Virus record (IMG/VR): IMGVR_UViG_3300043496_000120
Span: 1-59,071 of that record
From: a virus
Length of the DNA: 59,071 bases
Direction: 5' to 3' (one strand)
Position numbers and translations under genes: made by a program. Shown here one piece after another: positions 18,665-27,558 of the stretch. The notes under the pieces are model-generated. The model ran no database searches, was not told the DNA's origin, and worked only from the letters and a program-made list of their open reading frames with translations. Every line of letters starts with the position of its first letter. Position 1 is the stretch's first letter.

Positions 18665-18928
18665 TTAGCGACGGACCAGTGATAGCTTCTGTTCCAGGTC
18701 GCCTTGATCCGCCATCGCTTCGCGGAATGAAACGCCCTCGGCTGGCGCTGGAGTGCGCGAGTTCTGAGGCTGCTTCAGCGGAGCGCAGGCGATGTCGGCG
18801 CACGGCATCGGCGACGCGTTGTCGCCGGCCAGCGTGTCGTTTGTCTTCGCGGTGTAGCCGCGCTTCGTGAGGCTATGGTCTTCCATCGCCTCGCCGATCA
18901 TGTATCCGGGTGTTGGTAGCGTGCTCAT
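18665..18928 (-). CDS. hypothetical protein (87 aa)
   Basis: AAGGAGG RBS just upstream of the ATG. Confidence 0.6.
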   Translation of the reverse strand: MSTLPTPGYMIGEAMEDHSLTKRGYTAKTNDTLAGDNASPMPCADIACAPLKQPQNSRTPAPAEGVSFREAMADQGDLEQKLSLVRR

Positions 18929-18947
18929 TGCGCACCTCCTTTCATGG

Positions 18948-18974
18948 AAAAAGGGCCGGGCACTTGCCCGGCCC
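18948..18974 (-). terminator. rho-independent terminator after the capsid gene cluster
   Basis: minus strand reads GGGCCGGGC-aagt-GCCCGGCCC followed by TTTTT. Confidence 0.75.
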
Positions 18975-18997
18975 TTGAGACCACTCTGTCGCGCCGA

Positions 18998-19273
18998 TCA
19001 GCCGAAGCGGGTGCCTCGGCCGGCGGGGTTTTTCGGGTGCTGCACATGAATCTGCCCGCCACCCTGCGTGTCGGCGCCGATGTCGGCCGGCGTGACGTCC
19101 GCGATTGATTCGCGGTATGCCATGCCGGTCGTAATGTCGGAGCCGGCGGTCTCGCCGGTTTCGGGTTTCATCACACGCTGCCCCGGCATCGCGGGACTGG
19201 TGTTGCTCGTCGACGCGTCACCGGGATTTTCACCGCCGTTGTCATACGACGGGCTTTTCGGTGAATCAGACAT
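18998..19273 (-). CDS. hypothetical protein (91 aa)
   Basis: ORF track; GGAGAAG RBS. Confidence 0.55.
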   Translation of the reverse strand: MSDSPKSPSYDNGGENPGDASTSNTSPAMPGQRVMKPETGETAGSDITTGMAYRESIADVTPADIGADTQGGGQIHVQHPKNPAGRGTRFG

Positions 19274-19324
19274 CGCACTTCTCCTGCCGTTTCGTTTTCG
19301 GTACGCGTTGCCGTCAGATCAGGA

Positions 19325-19810
19325 TCAGAACCAGCGGATCATGATGTTGGCGGTGAACGTTCCGGCCGGTGTGCCCGTGCCTGCCACCGTGCCGATCTTC
19401 AGCGTGGTGAGCAAGGTGTTGAGCGCGTCGCCATCGTTGAACAAGTCGATGAAGCCCTTGTTCGTCGAGCCGGCGCCGGTCGTTACGTTCGGATTGTACG
19501 CCGCAACGCGACCGTCGATGTCAGCGCACGAGAAAGCCGCGCCGACAGCAAGACCCGCCAGGGTCGACACGGACTGCGCAGCGTACTTGCCGCTCGTAGC
19601 CGGGGTGCCGATCTGGATTACCGCGGCCAGCGTCGTGTTGACGATGGCGACGGTCGGGGTGATGTTGATGTCCTCGATCGCCGCGGCGCGAACGCCGAGG
19701 TGAGTCGGAACACGGATCGCCGCCGCTGCCGCGACAGTGGCGTTCGTGAGACCCGAGAAGGTGTAGCAGACGCGGTAACCGTTGTCGTAGCTCACGCTGC
19801 GCTCTCCCAC
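19325..19810 (-). CDS. capsid-associated (decoration-like?) protein, 161 aa
   Basis: ORF track; immediately downstream of the major capsid gene. Confidence 0.45.
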   Translation of the reverse strand: MGERSVSYDNGYRVCYTFSGLTNATVAAAAAIRVPTHLGVRAAAIEDINITPTVAIVNTTLAAVIQIGTPATSGKYAAQSVSTLAGLAVGAAFSCADIDGRVAAYNPNVTTGAGSTNKGFIDLFNDGDALNTLLTTLKIGTVAGTGTPAGTFTANIMIRWF

Positions 19811-20796
19811 TTGAGGATGCGCGCGTTCTTGACGTCCGTGCCAAGATCACCCTGCGTGCGGCCGTAGCCGAGCAGCGCGTACCACGCAACACCCTTCGAG
19901 CGGCCGTAGTCGGTCGGAATCTTGCCGCGGATTTCCTCGGGAATCGCGATGGCTTCCGCCACCGTGTCTTCGCCGAAGAAGAAAATCCAGTCCGACTTGC
20001 CGTTGTTCCACGGGTCCGCCGTGTCGGTCTGCGGATTGAACGTGACGCTGTCCTCGGCTCCGCCGGCCGGGATGTGCGTCTGCTCGACGAACCGCATGTT
20101 GTAGTAGCGGCCGATCTCGCCGTTCAAGATTTCCTGGAAGCCCGTCTCGGTGTACTGATAGACGCCTTCGAGGTCGGCCTTGAGCTGCGCGAACGTGGTC
20201 GGGCGAGCGATGCAGTAGTAGTCGTCGCCGATGTACGCCGGGATGTTGCGTTCCTTCATCGTGTCGACGATGGGACGCACATGGCCCTTGCCGAACGCCA
20301 CGTTGTTCGTGACGCCGATGGAGCCCGACTCGACGAGCGTGATCGCCGTCGTGCTCGCGCCCGTTGCCGCCTGCACCTTGACCGGCGTCGTCTGGAACTG
20401 AGCCCAAACGGCCACGTCGATCGACTGCTTGCAGTCGTGCTTCAGAACGCGGTGGATGATCTCCTGCACCGGGTGCTGCGACATGTTGTCGAGCTTGCCG
20501 GTGTAGGGAACCGAGTTGCCGAACTCGGTCATCGTCAGAGTCTTCTGAGTGATGACGAAGTTCGTCTCGGGCATCGCCGACGTTTCAGGAAGGGGAGCAC
20601 CCTTGGTCTGAACGCGGGAGTAGACGTTCCACGAGAACTTGTCGCCGCGCTGCAAGCCCTTGTCGGTCGCGTCCTTCGCGTCGCAGAACTGACGGAATTT
20701 CACGACCGGGAGCACTGCCATGCGCAGCACGTTGCTCAGCTCGGGCGCGAACATGTAGCCGCCGAGCATGTTTACAGACCAAAGCTGGCCTGCCAT
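19792..20796 (-). CDS. major capsid protein (334 aa, HK97-fold-like)
   Basis: GAGGAG RBS; follows a scaffold-like gene; sequence is typical of phage major capsid proteins; terminator lies downstream. Confidence 0.8.
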   Translation of the reverse strand: MAGQLWSVNMLGGYMFAPELSNVLRMAVLPVVKFRQFCDAKDATDKGLQRGDKFSWNVYSRVQTKGAPLPETSAMPETNFVITQKTLTMTEFGNSVPYTGKLDNMSQHPVQEIIHRVLKHDCKQSIDVAVWAQFQTTPVKVQAATGASTTAITLVESGSIGVTNNVAFGKGHVRPIVDTMKERNIPAYIGDDYYCIARPTTFAQLKADLEGVYQYTETGFQEILNGEIGRYYNMRFVEQTHIPAGGAEDSVTFNPQTDTADPWNNGKSDWIFFFGEDTVAEAIAIPEEIRGKIPTDYGRSKGVAWYALLGYGRTQGDLGTDVKNARILKWESAA

Positions 20797-20816
20797 ATCC
20801 GATCTCCTCGCGGGGG

Positions 20817-22085
20817 CTACATCGGGGGTTGCCCGCGTGCGACCCGCATCATGTTGACGATGTCGCTTGGCTTGGTCGGGAAAGTTTCTTCCGCCTCCGC
20901 CGACGAGCTACGCTCGCTGACGGTGGACTGCTGCGGGAGGCGGCGCTTCATGTGCCTGCGCGTCTGAACTTCGCGGTTGACGGTGCCTTCTTCGCCTGCT
21001 GCCTCAGCAGCCGCGCCCTCCAGACCGAACCGTTTCATCATTGACGCGCCGACATCGTCGGCAATCGCTACCAGCGAGCGTCCCTTGTTCCGTGGATCGG
21101 ATTGGGCTTTCTGGAAAAGACCGCGGGCCATCGCCTGAAGCTCCGGGTCGCCGTTCACCGCCGCGTATTTGGTACGCATGAGGCTGTTGACGTCCTGGGT
21201 TTCCTGCGCTTCCGCTGTCTTCGCCTGTGCCGCCCTCTCGTCAGCACGGTCGCGGAACAGCTTTGCTTCGACCTTTGCAAGCACCAGTGCGGTGACGTCT
21301 TCGACGGAGGGCGGAGCCCCACGTTGCGGACGTGCCGCGAGTACTTCGGTGAGGGCTTTTTCGATACCCTCGGCATCGCCTTTGAACATCTCGCCGACCA
21401 GTGATTTCACGGTCGCACGGAGGTCGGCATCGGCAGGTTGACCATTGGTCGTGGTCGTCTGCTGCTGACCGGAAGGCGTACCACCGGCAGCGGATGCGTC
21501 GCGCATCTTACGTTCGAGCCTTTCGGCTTCCGCAAGTCGCGCTTTGGCGGCAGTGTCCGCTTCCCTCGCAGAATTTGCAAGAGCGGTCGCTTGCCGGAAA
21601 CGGTGATCGGCGGCGAGCAGCATTTGCACCACTGCCGGGCCGCCGCGTGCGTCGACTTCGGACTTCGGCATTTGGATGTCGCGGCCGAAGACTTTCATCG
21701 TGATGATCGGATCATCGCCGCCGGTATCGGTGACGACATTCTCGCCGGACAGGTCGACGTCGCCGGCACCCGCTACGGCGTCAGCCGTTTCAGATTCGGT
21801 GTCTTCTTCACCGCGCGAGCGCGCCGACTGCCGGCGCAACACGCTGTCTTCTGAGACGGTGCGAACGTCCTCTCCCATCTCGCTGATCTCGCCGCGCTCG
21901 ATCGCCTCCGTCGCAGCATCGACGTCCTGGTGCTGCTCGCGGTCTATCGAGATGTCGGCGGCGGTGCCGGCGGCCGCGCGCGCAAAGATCGCTTTGCGTG
22001 CGTCGAGCTTGGAATTGCCGGTGGTCTGAAGAGTGTCGGTTCCGGTGCCTTGTGAGTCACCGGCACGAGTGGTTTGCTCGGCCAT
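20817..22085 (-). CDS. scaffolding protein (422 aa)
   Basis: A/E/D/R-rich helical protein immediately upstream of the capsid gene. Confidence 0.6.
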   Translation of the reverse strand: MAEQTTRAGDSQGTGTDTLQTTGNSKLDARKAIFARAAAGTAADISIDREQHQDVDAATEAIERGEISEMGEDVRTVSEDSVLRRQSARSRGEEDTESETADAVAGAGDVDLSGENVVTDTGGDDPIITMKVFGRDIQMPKSEVDARGGPAVVQMLLAADHRFRQATALANSAREADTAAKARLAEAERLERKMRDASAAGGTPSGQQQTTTTNGQPADADLRATVKSLVGEMFKGDAEGIEKALTEVLAARPQRGAPPSVEDVTALVLAKVEAKLFRDRADERAAQAKTAEAQETQDVNSLMRTKYAAVNGDPELQAMARGLFQKAQSDPRNKGRSLVAIADDVGASMMKRFGLEGAAAEAAGEEGTVNREVQTRRHMKRRLPQQSTVSERSSSAEAEETFPTKPSDIVNMMRVARGQPPM

Positions 22086-22100
22086 GGCGGTGCGTGTCCT

Positions 22101-22361
22101 TTAGTGAGTGGGTTCGTTCGCGGAGGTGGGTCGGAAGTGCGTCCAGCGTGATCCGCCGGACATGAGATCGAGCTTGGCGTATTCGAGCAGCGCCGTGCCG
22201 GCCATCGGGTCGACGGCCATGCTCGTCATCGCCGCCCAATTTCCATCGGCGCGCATCGCGATGATGATAACGGCCACTACCGGCGGGTCTTCTGCCGGCG
22301 CCGCCTCGATCGTGGCGGCCATGTGGTGCAGCATCTTGACTGAGTCGTCGCTTTCGCTCAC
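22101..22361 (-). CDS. hypothetical protein (86 aa)
   Basis: ORF track. Confidence 0.55.
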   Translation of the reverse strand: MSESDDSVKMLHHMAATIEAAPAEDPPVVAVIIIAMRADGNWAAMTSMAVDPMAGTALLEYAKLDLMSGGSRWTHFRPTSANEPTH

Positions 22362-22738
22362 GGCGTTTCATCCTGGAAGTCTGGATCGAGCTGGCGCATC
22401 TCGTGCTCTGCTTCTTTCGCATCGGCCAGCGTGTCTGCGAAAATTGATAGTGCGGCGATGGCGCCCTGCGCCTCGATTTTTGCTTTGGCGATGACGTCGT
22501 CGTCGTTCGTCGTCAGCCACAGCGTGCATGCGTTCTCGATCGACGCCATGCAGCGCGCGGCGAATTGCTTGCCGACTGGCAGATTGAAGAACACCTGCGT
22601 CCGCAGACCGGCGCGCACGCGCGCGAACACCATCTCGAACGCCGTGCCGCGCAGGCGCTCCATCAGGTCTTCTTCGGCCTTCTGCGCTGCGTCGTTGATG
22701 AGCTGTCGGGCAGCGGCTTCGAGTTCGGAATCGGCCAT
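22358..22738 (-). CDS. hypothetical protein (126 aa, start MADSELEAA)
   Basis: ATG at 22738 overlaps the upstream TGA (TGATG); in frame with track ORF 22358..22798. Confidence 0.55.
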   Translation of the reverse strand: MADSELEAAARQLINDAAQKAEEDLMERLRGTAFEMVFARVRAGLRTQVFFNLPVGKQFAARCMASIENACTLWLTTNDDDVIAKAKIEAQGAIAALSIFADTLADAKEAEHEMRQLDPDFQDETP

Positions 22739-22929
22739 CACTTTCTCCGGTGCTTCCGTGTCCGCTTGCGCGGCACCGGAGCGAATTTCTGTTGCCACGC
22801 CGCGACGACGTGGAAGTTCCCGCGGTGCAGCGTGCCAGGCTTGAACGACTCGGCCAGGCGCATGCCGAGCCGGCTGTCGACGAACGACTGCGCCAGCGCG
22901 ACACTGATCCCGAACGGAGCCTCAGTCAT
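22738..22929 (-). CDS. hypothetical small protein (63 aa)
   Basis: ATG at 22929 overlaps the upstream stop (ATGA); C-terminal part of track ORF 22738..23073. Confidence 0.4.
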   Translation of the reverse strand: MTEAPFGISVALAQSFVDSRLGMRLAESFKPGTLHRGNFHVVAAWQQKFAPVPRKRTRKHRRK

Positions 22930-23087
22930 ACCGGCCCTGAAATCCCGAGCACCATGAATCGAAACGATTTGATCGGGTGCCGGAGCACGGCGCGCAATCC
23001 GACCGCGTACATCGGTCCGCGTTTCGGAACAACGTACACGCGCATCGGGCCGCGGCCGTAGTCCGTCCTCCACCTGGCGAACTTCAT
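22926..23087 (-). CDS. hypothetical small protein (53 aa, MKFARWRTDYG...)
   Basis: in-frame ATG at 23087 in track ORF 22926..23204, two nt after the upstream stop. Confidence 0.4.
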   Translation of the reverse strand: MKFARWRTDYGRGPMRVYVVPKRGPMYAVGLRAVLRHPIKSFRFMVLGISGPV

Positions 23088-23088
23088 G

Positions 23089-23292
23089 TCAGTACTCCGT
23101 CTTTGGCTTTGCGCGGCCCGAGAACGTCGACGGCGCGCGCGGCGGCAGCTTGCGCACTGAGCGCTTGCCCTTCGCCTTGTCGGCCGCAATGAAGTCGCTC
23201 GCAACAGCCTGGCTGGGGCCGCCCTTGCGCGGCTTCATGCCGTGCTTGACCGCCTCCATGAAGTTGTGTTGCGCTTTTGAAACGGACGGCAC
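23089..23292 (-). CDS. small basic protein, DUF3008-like (67 aa)
   Basis: SKAQHNFMEAVKHG N-terminus; C-terminus RAKPKTEY shared with the next gene. Confidence 0.55.
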   Translation of the reverse strand: MPSVSKAQHNFMEAVKHGMKPRKGGPSQAVASDFIAADKAKGKRSVRKLPPRAPSTFSGRAKPKTEY

Positions 23293-23295
23293 GGA

Positions 23296-23547
23296 TCAGT
23301 ACTCCGCCTTTGGCTTCGCGCGCGAGACGATCGGAGCGCGCGGAGCAATCTCCTTGCCCTCCTTGCCCGCTGACATGCCGCGCACGCGCTTCGCGCTTTT
23401 CGCGAGGAACCCGGCCTTCAGGTTGTTCGCGTTGACCTTGTCGACGCGCGCGGGCTGTTTGCCCACGCCGGTCGTGCGCTGCGTGCCTGGCACTGTTGGC
23501 GTGCCCTGCGATTTGCCGATTTTCGGCTTTGGCATTTTTCCGAACAT
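23296..23547 (-). CDS. small basic protein (83 aa) with a C-terminus paralogous to 23089..23292
   Basis: C-terminus SRAKPKAEY; ~26-nt DNA repeat at the 3' ends of the two genes. Confidence 0.55.
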   Translation of the reverse strand: MFGKMPKPKIGKSQGTPTVPGTQRTTGVGKQPARVDKVNANNLKAGFLAKSAKRVRGMSAGKEGKEIAPRAPIVSRAKPKAEY

Positions 23548-23550
23548 GGT

Positions 23551-25971
23551 CTACCCCTTCGCGCCTGGAATCTTTCCGAAGTCGCCGCGCTGGATCACAC
23601 CAGCCGCGTCGTTGCCGGGCAGATTCATTGTCTTGCCGGGATTGGCACCTGCGTCTTCCATTCCTGAAACGACACTGTCGCTTCCGGGCGACAGCAGCTC
23701 GCCGGCAAGCGCGGCCTCGGCGGGCTCGCCAGGCACCTCGGCTTGCGCCTCGGGTGCGACGGCCGGCGTGGTAGCGACTTGGAGCGCGAACGCGCGATCG
23801 GATTCCATGATCGCGTGCGACAGCGCCTCGCGTTCGAGGAGCAGGTTCGCTTTCTTGACGGTGTTGGCCTCCTCGGCGATCTGCTGATCGACGCGCTTGA
23901 GCTGTCCCTGCAAATTCGCCTTGTACTTGTCCATGTCCATGCGCGCGACGGCGACGTTTTGCTGCGCCTCCGCCTTGATCTGCGCGATCTTTTCCGAACT
24001 CTCGGCCTTGATCTTGGCGACGGTGATGCCGCCCTGCGCTTCCTGGAGCTGCTGCTGGAGCTGCGTGATCTGATCCTGAAGCTGTTTTTCTTTCGGCGAC
24101 GTTTTGTCGTCGGCCAGGCCAGGAAAGAAACGCGTTCCATCTTTGAAACCCAGGCGGCCGAAAACCTCGTGAGTGATCTCGCGCTTGTCGACCTGCTGCA
24201 CGACGTCGGGCGCGATGCCCTGGAGAATCTGGAAGCCGAGCTGCAATTTCTGGAGTTGCTTCATCGGATCGGTGCTGCCGAATCCGACCGACACGGTGAC
24301 GTTCACGGGCTGTTCGAGCGCGCGGAAAGCGTGCATCCAGTCCTGCGTCTTCGCGCGATTTGAAACGCGCGCGAGAATGCTCTGATCCGACTCGAATATC
24401 CGCTCCAGCTCGACGAAGTCGTTCAGAACGGCATTCGCCCACGTGATGCAGAACGTTTGCAGCGACAGCTCGGTGATGATGTCGGCGTTGTTGCCGAGGA
24501 GTTCCGTCGTCCCGACCGGCGTGTCCTGGCCCATTTTCATGGCGCCCATCGTCATGCCGCTGAGCTGGCCGGCGATCTCGTCGAACTCGGCGTTGAAACG
24601 GTCTTGCTCCTGGTACGAGGAGCTTGTGACGTCTTTCGTTTCGAGCTGCTTGACGTCGCCGGTCGGGTCCGTCGTCATCGTGATCGAGCCCGGCACGTTG
24701 CGCATGAGCGAACGCGAGTCGACCATCTGGCCGCGCTTGACCAGGAACCGATTGTTCAGCACGAGGGCGACGTTGTCGCGGCGCTGATTCGTGACGTCGT
24801 TGATGCCCTCCTGCAAACCCTTGACCATCTCGACAGGGCCGGACGGATACAGCCGGTGCGGCTCGATCGCGACGGAACCCATCTTGTACGGCCGCGTGCG
24901 GCGGCCGAAGACGTCTTCGATCGGCACCGGCTCGCTGAGCATCATCGTCGTGCCGAGCGTTTCGTAGCACCAGTCAAGACCGCCGATTCGGACGATATTG
25001 CGATGCACCCAAACCGGCCGGAATTTCGAGCCCTGCTGCACCTGGCTGTAGCGATCGAGGCGCGAATGCTCGCGCGCCATGCGCACGGACATCGCCGACG
25101 TGCTCTGCTCGGACATGCCGGCCATCAGGTCGGATTCGGTGAAGTCGCGCAGATATGGCACCTGCGAACCGTAGGAGCGCGCGTTCTTGATGCGCTCGAC
25201 CAGGTCCGGGATGAACCATGGGATCATTTCGATGATGTAGGGCGAGCTGTTGACCGGATCGCACCAGTCGGTCGACGGGTGCAGCAACAGATTCTCGACC
25301 GGAATCAGGCGGCACCCCGGAGTGTCTTTCAGCACGACCGGCGTTTCATTCGTGTTGCCGGTCATCTCGCCGTCGTCGCCGTACTCGTCTTCGGTGATCG
25401 TCGCCTCGGCGTACTGCCACTCCTGGCAAGAGATCACAACGCCCGTCGTGGCCGCATCGTGAAACGCGCCCATGCAGATTTTGAACCAGGGGATTGTGGT
25501 CTTCAGCCGCTCGTTCAGCAGCTCTTTGTGGACGTCCGCGGCGAGCACGTTGTTGATGTCGTTCTCGTCGTTCGGCGCGGCGTCGATGATGTCGCGCGTC
25601 GAGAAGAACGCAATCGCGCACGCGGCCTCCAGCTTGCGCAGCATCGCGCGCGTCTTCGGCCGGAAAATCTTGCTGCGCTTGTCGTACTCCGGCGAGTAGA
25701 ACTTCGAGCCGCTGGCGTGTCGACTGTACGCGTGCGCCAGGTTGTCCTCGACGCGACGGCGCACGGCGATGTCGAAGTAGTTTTTGCCGACGTTGAAATT
25801 CTCCTGCGCCATTTTCAGGAAATCGTTGTACGGCGTGTTGCTCGGCAAGCCTCCGTTCGACAGCGGGACTGGATTTTTCGTGTACCCGTCCTGGCCTCCG
25901 CCCTTGCTCGCGCCGAAGTCTGACGCGCCGGAGATGGATGAATCGGTGTTTTTGGGCGCGTAGTCAGCCAT
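23551..25971 (-). CDS. portal protein (806 aa)
   Basis: largest ORF of the packaging module; portal-like core; C-terminal coiled coil (QLQDQITQLQQQLQEAQ) as in barrel-bearing portals. Confidence 0.75.
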   Translation of the reverse strand: MADYAPKNTDSSISGASDFGASKGGGQDGYTKNPVPLSNGGLPSNTPYNDFLKMAQENFNVGKNYFDIAVRRRVEDNLAHAYSRHASGSKFYSPEYDKRSKIFRPKTRAMLRKLEAACAIAFFSTRDIIDAAPNDENDINNVLAADVHKELLNERLKTTIPWFKICMGAFHDAATTGVVISCQEWQYAEATITEDEYGDDGEMTGNTNETPVVLKDTPGCRLIPVENLLLHPSTDWCDPVNSSPYIIEMIPWFIPDLVERIKNARSYGSQVPYLRDFTESDLMAGMSEQSTSAMSVRMAREHSRLDRYSQVQQGSKFRPVWVHRNIVRIGGLDWCYETLGTTMMLSEPVPIEDVFGRRTRPYKMGSVAIEPHRLYPSGPVEMVKGLQEGINDVTNQRRDNVALVLNNRFLVKRGQMVDSRSLMRNVPGSITMTTDPTGDVKQLETKDVTSSSYQEQDRFNAEFDEIAGQLSGMTMGAMKMGQDTPVGTTELLGNNADIITELSLQTFCITWANAVLNDFVELERIFESDQSILARVSNRAKTQDWMHAFRALEQPVNVTVSVGFGSTDPMKQLQKLQLGFQILQGIAPDVVQQVDKREITHEVFGRLGFKDGTRFFPGLADDKTSPKEKQLQDQITQLQQQLQEAQGGITVAKIKAESSEKIAQIKAEAQQNVAVARMDMDKYKANLQGQLKRVDQQIAEEANTVKKANLLLEREALSHAIMESDRAFALQVATTPAVAPEAQAEVPGEPAEAALAGELLSPGSDSVVSGMEDAGANPGKTMNLPGNDAAGVIQRGDFGKIPGAKG

Positions 25972-26485
25972 CGAGAAGTCCTACCTCAATCGCTTTCGTG
26001 AGGGGGTTGATCCGAACGCGGCCGGCGGCGATGGCATCGGCGATCTTGTGCTTCTTCTTCGCCTTCTTCGCCGCAGCGTGTTCGAGATCGCTCAGGATCG
26101 GGATACCTTGCCCGCGGCTGTCTCGCTTCATCAGCATCAGCCGCGCGTAGTCGATGCCGGCGCGCGGCATTTTGAAACGCTCCAGAATCTCGCCGCCCGC
26201 CTTGATGAAAATCGCGCGCGTCGGATCGTGCTCGGCCTCCATGATGCGGATCGTGTAGCCCCAGGTGAGATGCAGTTCGAGGCAAAAGATGTTCATCATC
26301 CGCCCGAACTGGTTGATCTGGATCGCCCACGTCCAGCCGGGATAGTGCTGCTGGAGCAGCGCCATGCCGTCTTTGGCGAGTATTTTCAGCCCGGCCTTGA
26401 CGTCGAATTTCTCGGCGTTGTTGATCTCGCCCTCGGCCTCGCCGATGCGGTCACGGACTGTCGGCCGCGGGTTCCACTTCAGCAC
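25964..26485 (-). CDS. hypothetical protein (173 aa)
   Basis: ORF track; GTG start overlapping the upstream stop. Confidence 0.6.
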   Translation of the reverse strand: MLKWNPRPTVRDRIGEAEGEINNAEKFDVKAGLKILAKDGMALLQQHYPGWTWAIQINQFGRMMNIFCLELHLTWGYTIRIMEAEHDPTRAIFIKAGGEILERFKMPRAGIDYARLMLMKRDSRGQGIPILSDLEHAAAKKAKKKHKIADAIAAGRVRINPLTKAIEVGLLDG

Positions 26486-26973
26486 TTGGGCATCTCCGGT
26501 GCGTCACCGCCGCGCCACCACTCCGGCCCCTCGGGGTTCAGCTCGCGATCGTATGCCTTCGCGTCGTCTGTGGATCGGTGCGGGAACACGCGGAGCCCGG
26601 CGGCCACCTCGCGCGACTCCTGCTCGCTCTGCACGAGATCGGGAATCTTGTCGAACTCGGCGCGCAGCACCATGCGCTCGGCCAGCGTGGCCGCTGCGTC
26701 GGGCTTGCCGCTCTTTTCGTCGATCACGCGCGCGCCAACGCGCTTCTTGAAGTAATTGTCGCGCGTGCGGAGATACTGCTTCGCCTGGGCGACGCGCTCA
26801 TCGTGCATGCGCGCGTGGGACTCGGTGCGGCCATGGTCGAGCATCGGCGCGATGCCAACGAGTCCGGCGTCGGCGTCGCGCTGTTCGAGCGGGCCTCGCT
26901 CGCCTCGGAACGTTTTTGAAACGGCGTCGACCGCTACGGCAGTGCGAACGCCGAGCAGCCGCAGCAGATTCAC
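26479..26973 (-). CDS. hypothetical protein (~164 aa; GTG 26973 overlaps the upstream TGA)
   Basis: plausible part of track ORF 26479..27111; start uncertain. Confidence 0.5.
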   Translation of the reverse strand: MNLLRLLGVRTAVAVDAVSKTFRGERGPLEQRDADAGLVGIAPMLDHGRTESHARMHDERVAQAKQYLRTRDNYFKKRVGARVIDEKSGKPDAAATLAERMVLRAEFDKIPDLVQSEQESREVAAGLRVFPHRSTDDAKAYDRELNPEGPEWWRGGDAPEMPKC

Positions 26974-27275
26974 GCGGTCACCTGGAACACGCACGGCGCG
27001 TTTCCGCTCGTGTACGCCGAGCAAAAAACTCGGAACTCCATATCGCCGTAGATGATGCCGGGATTGATGAGACCCGACGCGGACAGACCTGCGCCGCCGA
27101 TCGGCTGCCACATGGCGGCCGAGCCACCGGCAGGGCGCGCCTGGAGCTGGATCGTGCCGACCAGCGAGCCGGTCACGCCGTCGACGAACAGCGTCGGCGC
27201 GCCATTTTGCGCTGACGCGCTGACGCCGGCAGCGCCGGCAGCGACAACGGCTACGTTTTGCGAAGCGGTGCGCAT
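26970..27275 (-). CDS. hypothetical protein (101 aa)
   Basis: ATG at 27275 preceded by GAGGAGAG. Confidence 0.55.
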   Translation of the reverse strand: MRTASQNVAVVAAGAAGVSASAQNGAPTLFVDGVTGSLVGTIQLQARPAGGSAAMWQPIGGAGLSASGLINPGIIYGDMEFRVFCSAYTSGNAPCVFQVTA

Positions 27276-27285
27276 CTCACTCTCC

Positions 27286-27459
27286 TCAGTCGTAACCGGC
27301 AGGATCGTTCTGCGGCTCGGTGAACTTCCGGCCGTTTGGGAATTCGTAGGTGACGATGGGTTCTTTCCAGCGCGGGTCGATCGCGGCAACGAGCGTCTTC
27401 TGATCGACCGACTTGGACTGCACCTGCGGAGGCGGTGTCATTGCGCCGAACTGGCTCAT
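27286..27459 (-). CDS. hypothetical small protein (57 aa, MSQFGAMTPPPQ...)
   Basis: not in the track (<60 aa); hand translation; GGGAGAGGG RBS. Confidence 0.5.
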   Translation of the reverse strand: MSQFGAMTPPPQVQSKSVDQKTLVAAIDPRWKEPIVTYEFPNGRKFTEPQNDPAGYD

Positions 27460-27471
27460 TATCCCTCTCCC

Positions 27472-27510
27472 AATGAAAGACGCCTCACGTACCGGAGGTA
27501 ACGTGAGGCG
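27472..27510 (-). terminator. hairpin downstream of terL (10-bp stem CGCCTCACGT/ACGTGAGGCG, 10-nt loop) followed by a T-rich tract; weak terminator or RNA-stability element
   Basis: read directly. Confidence 0.4.
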
Positions 27511-27558
27511 CCTGATCGGCCAGCACTCCGGGCAATGCGGGCCTGGCGCAGCATACGG

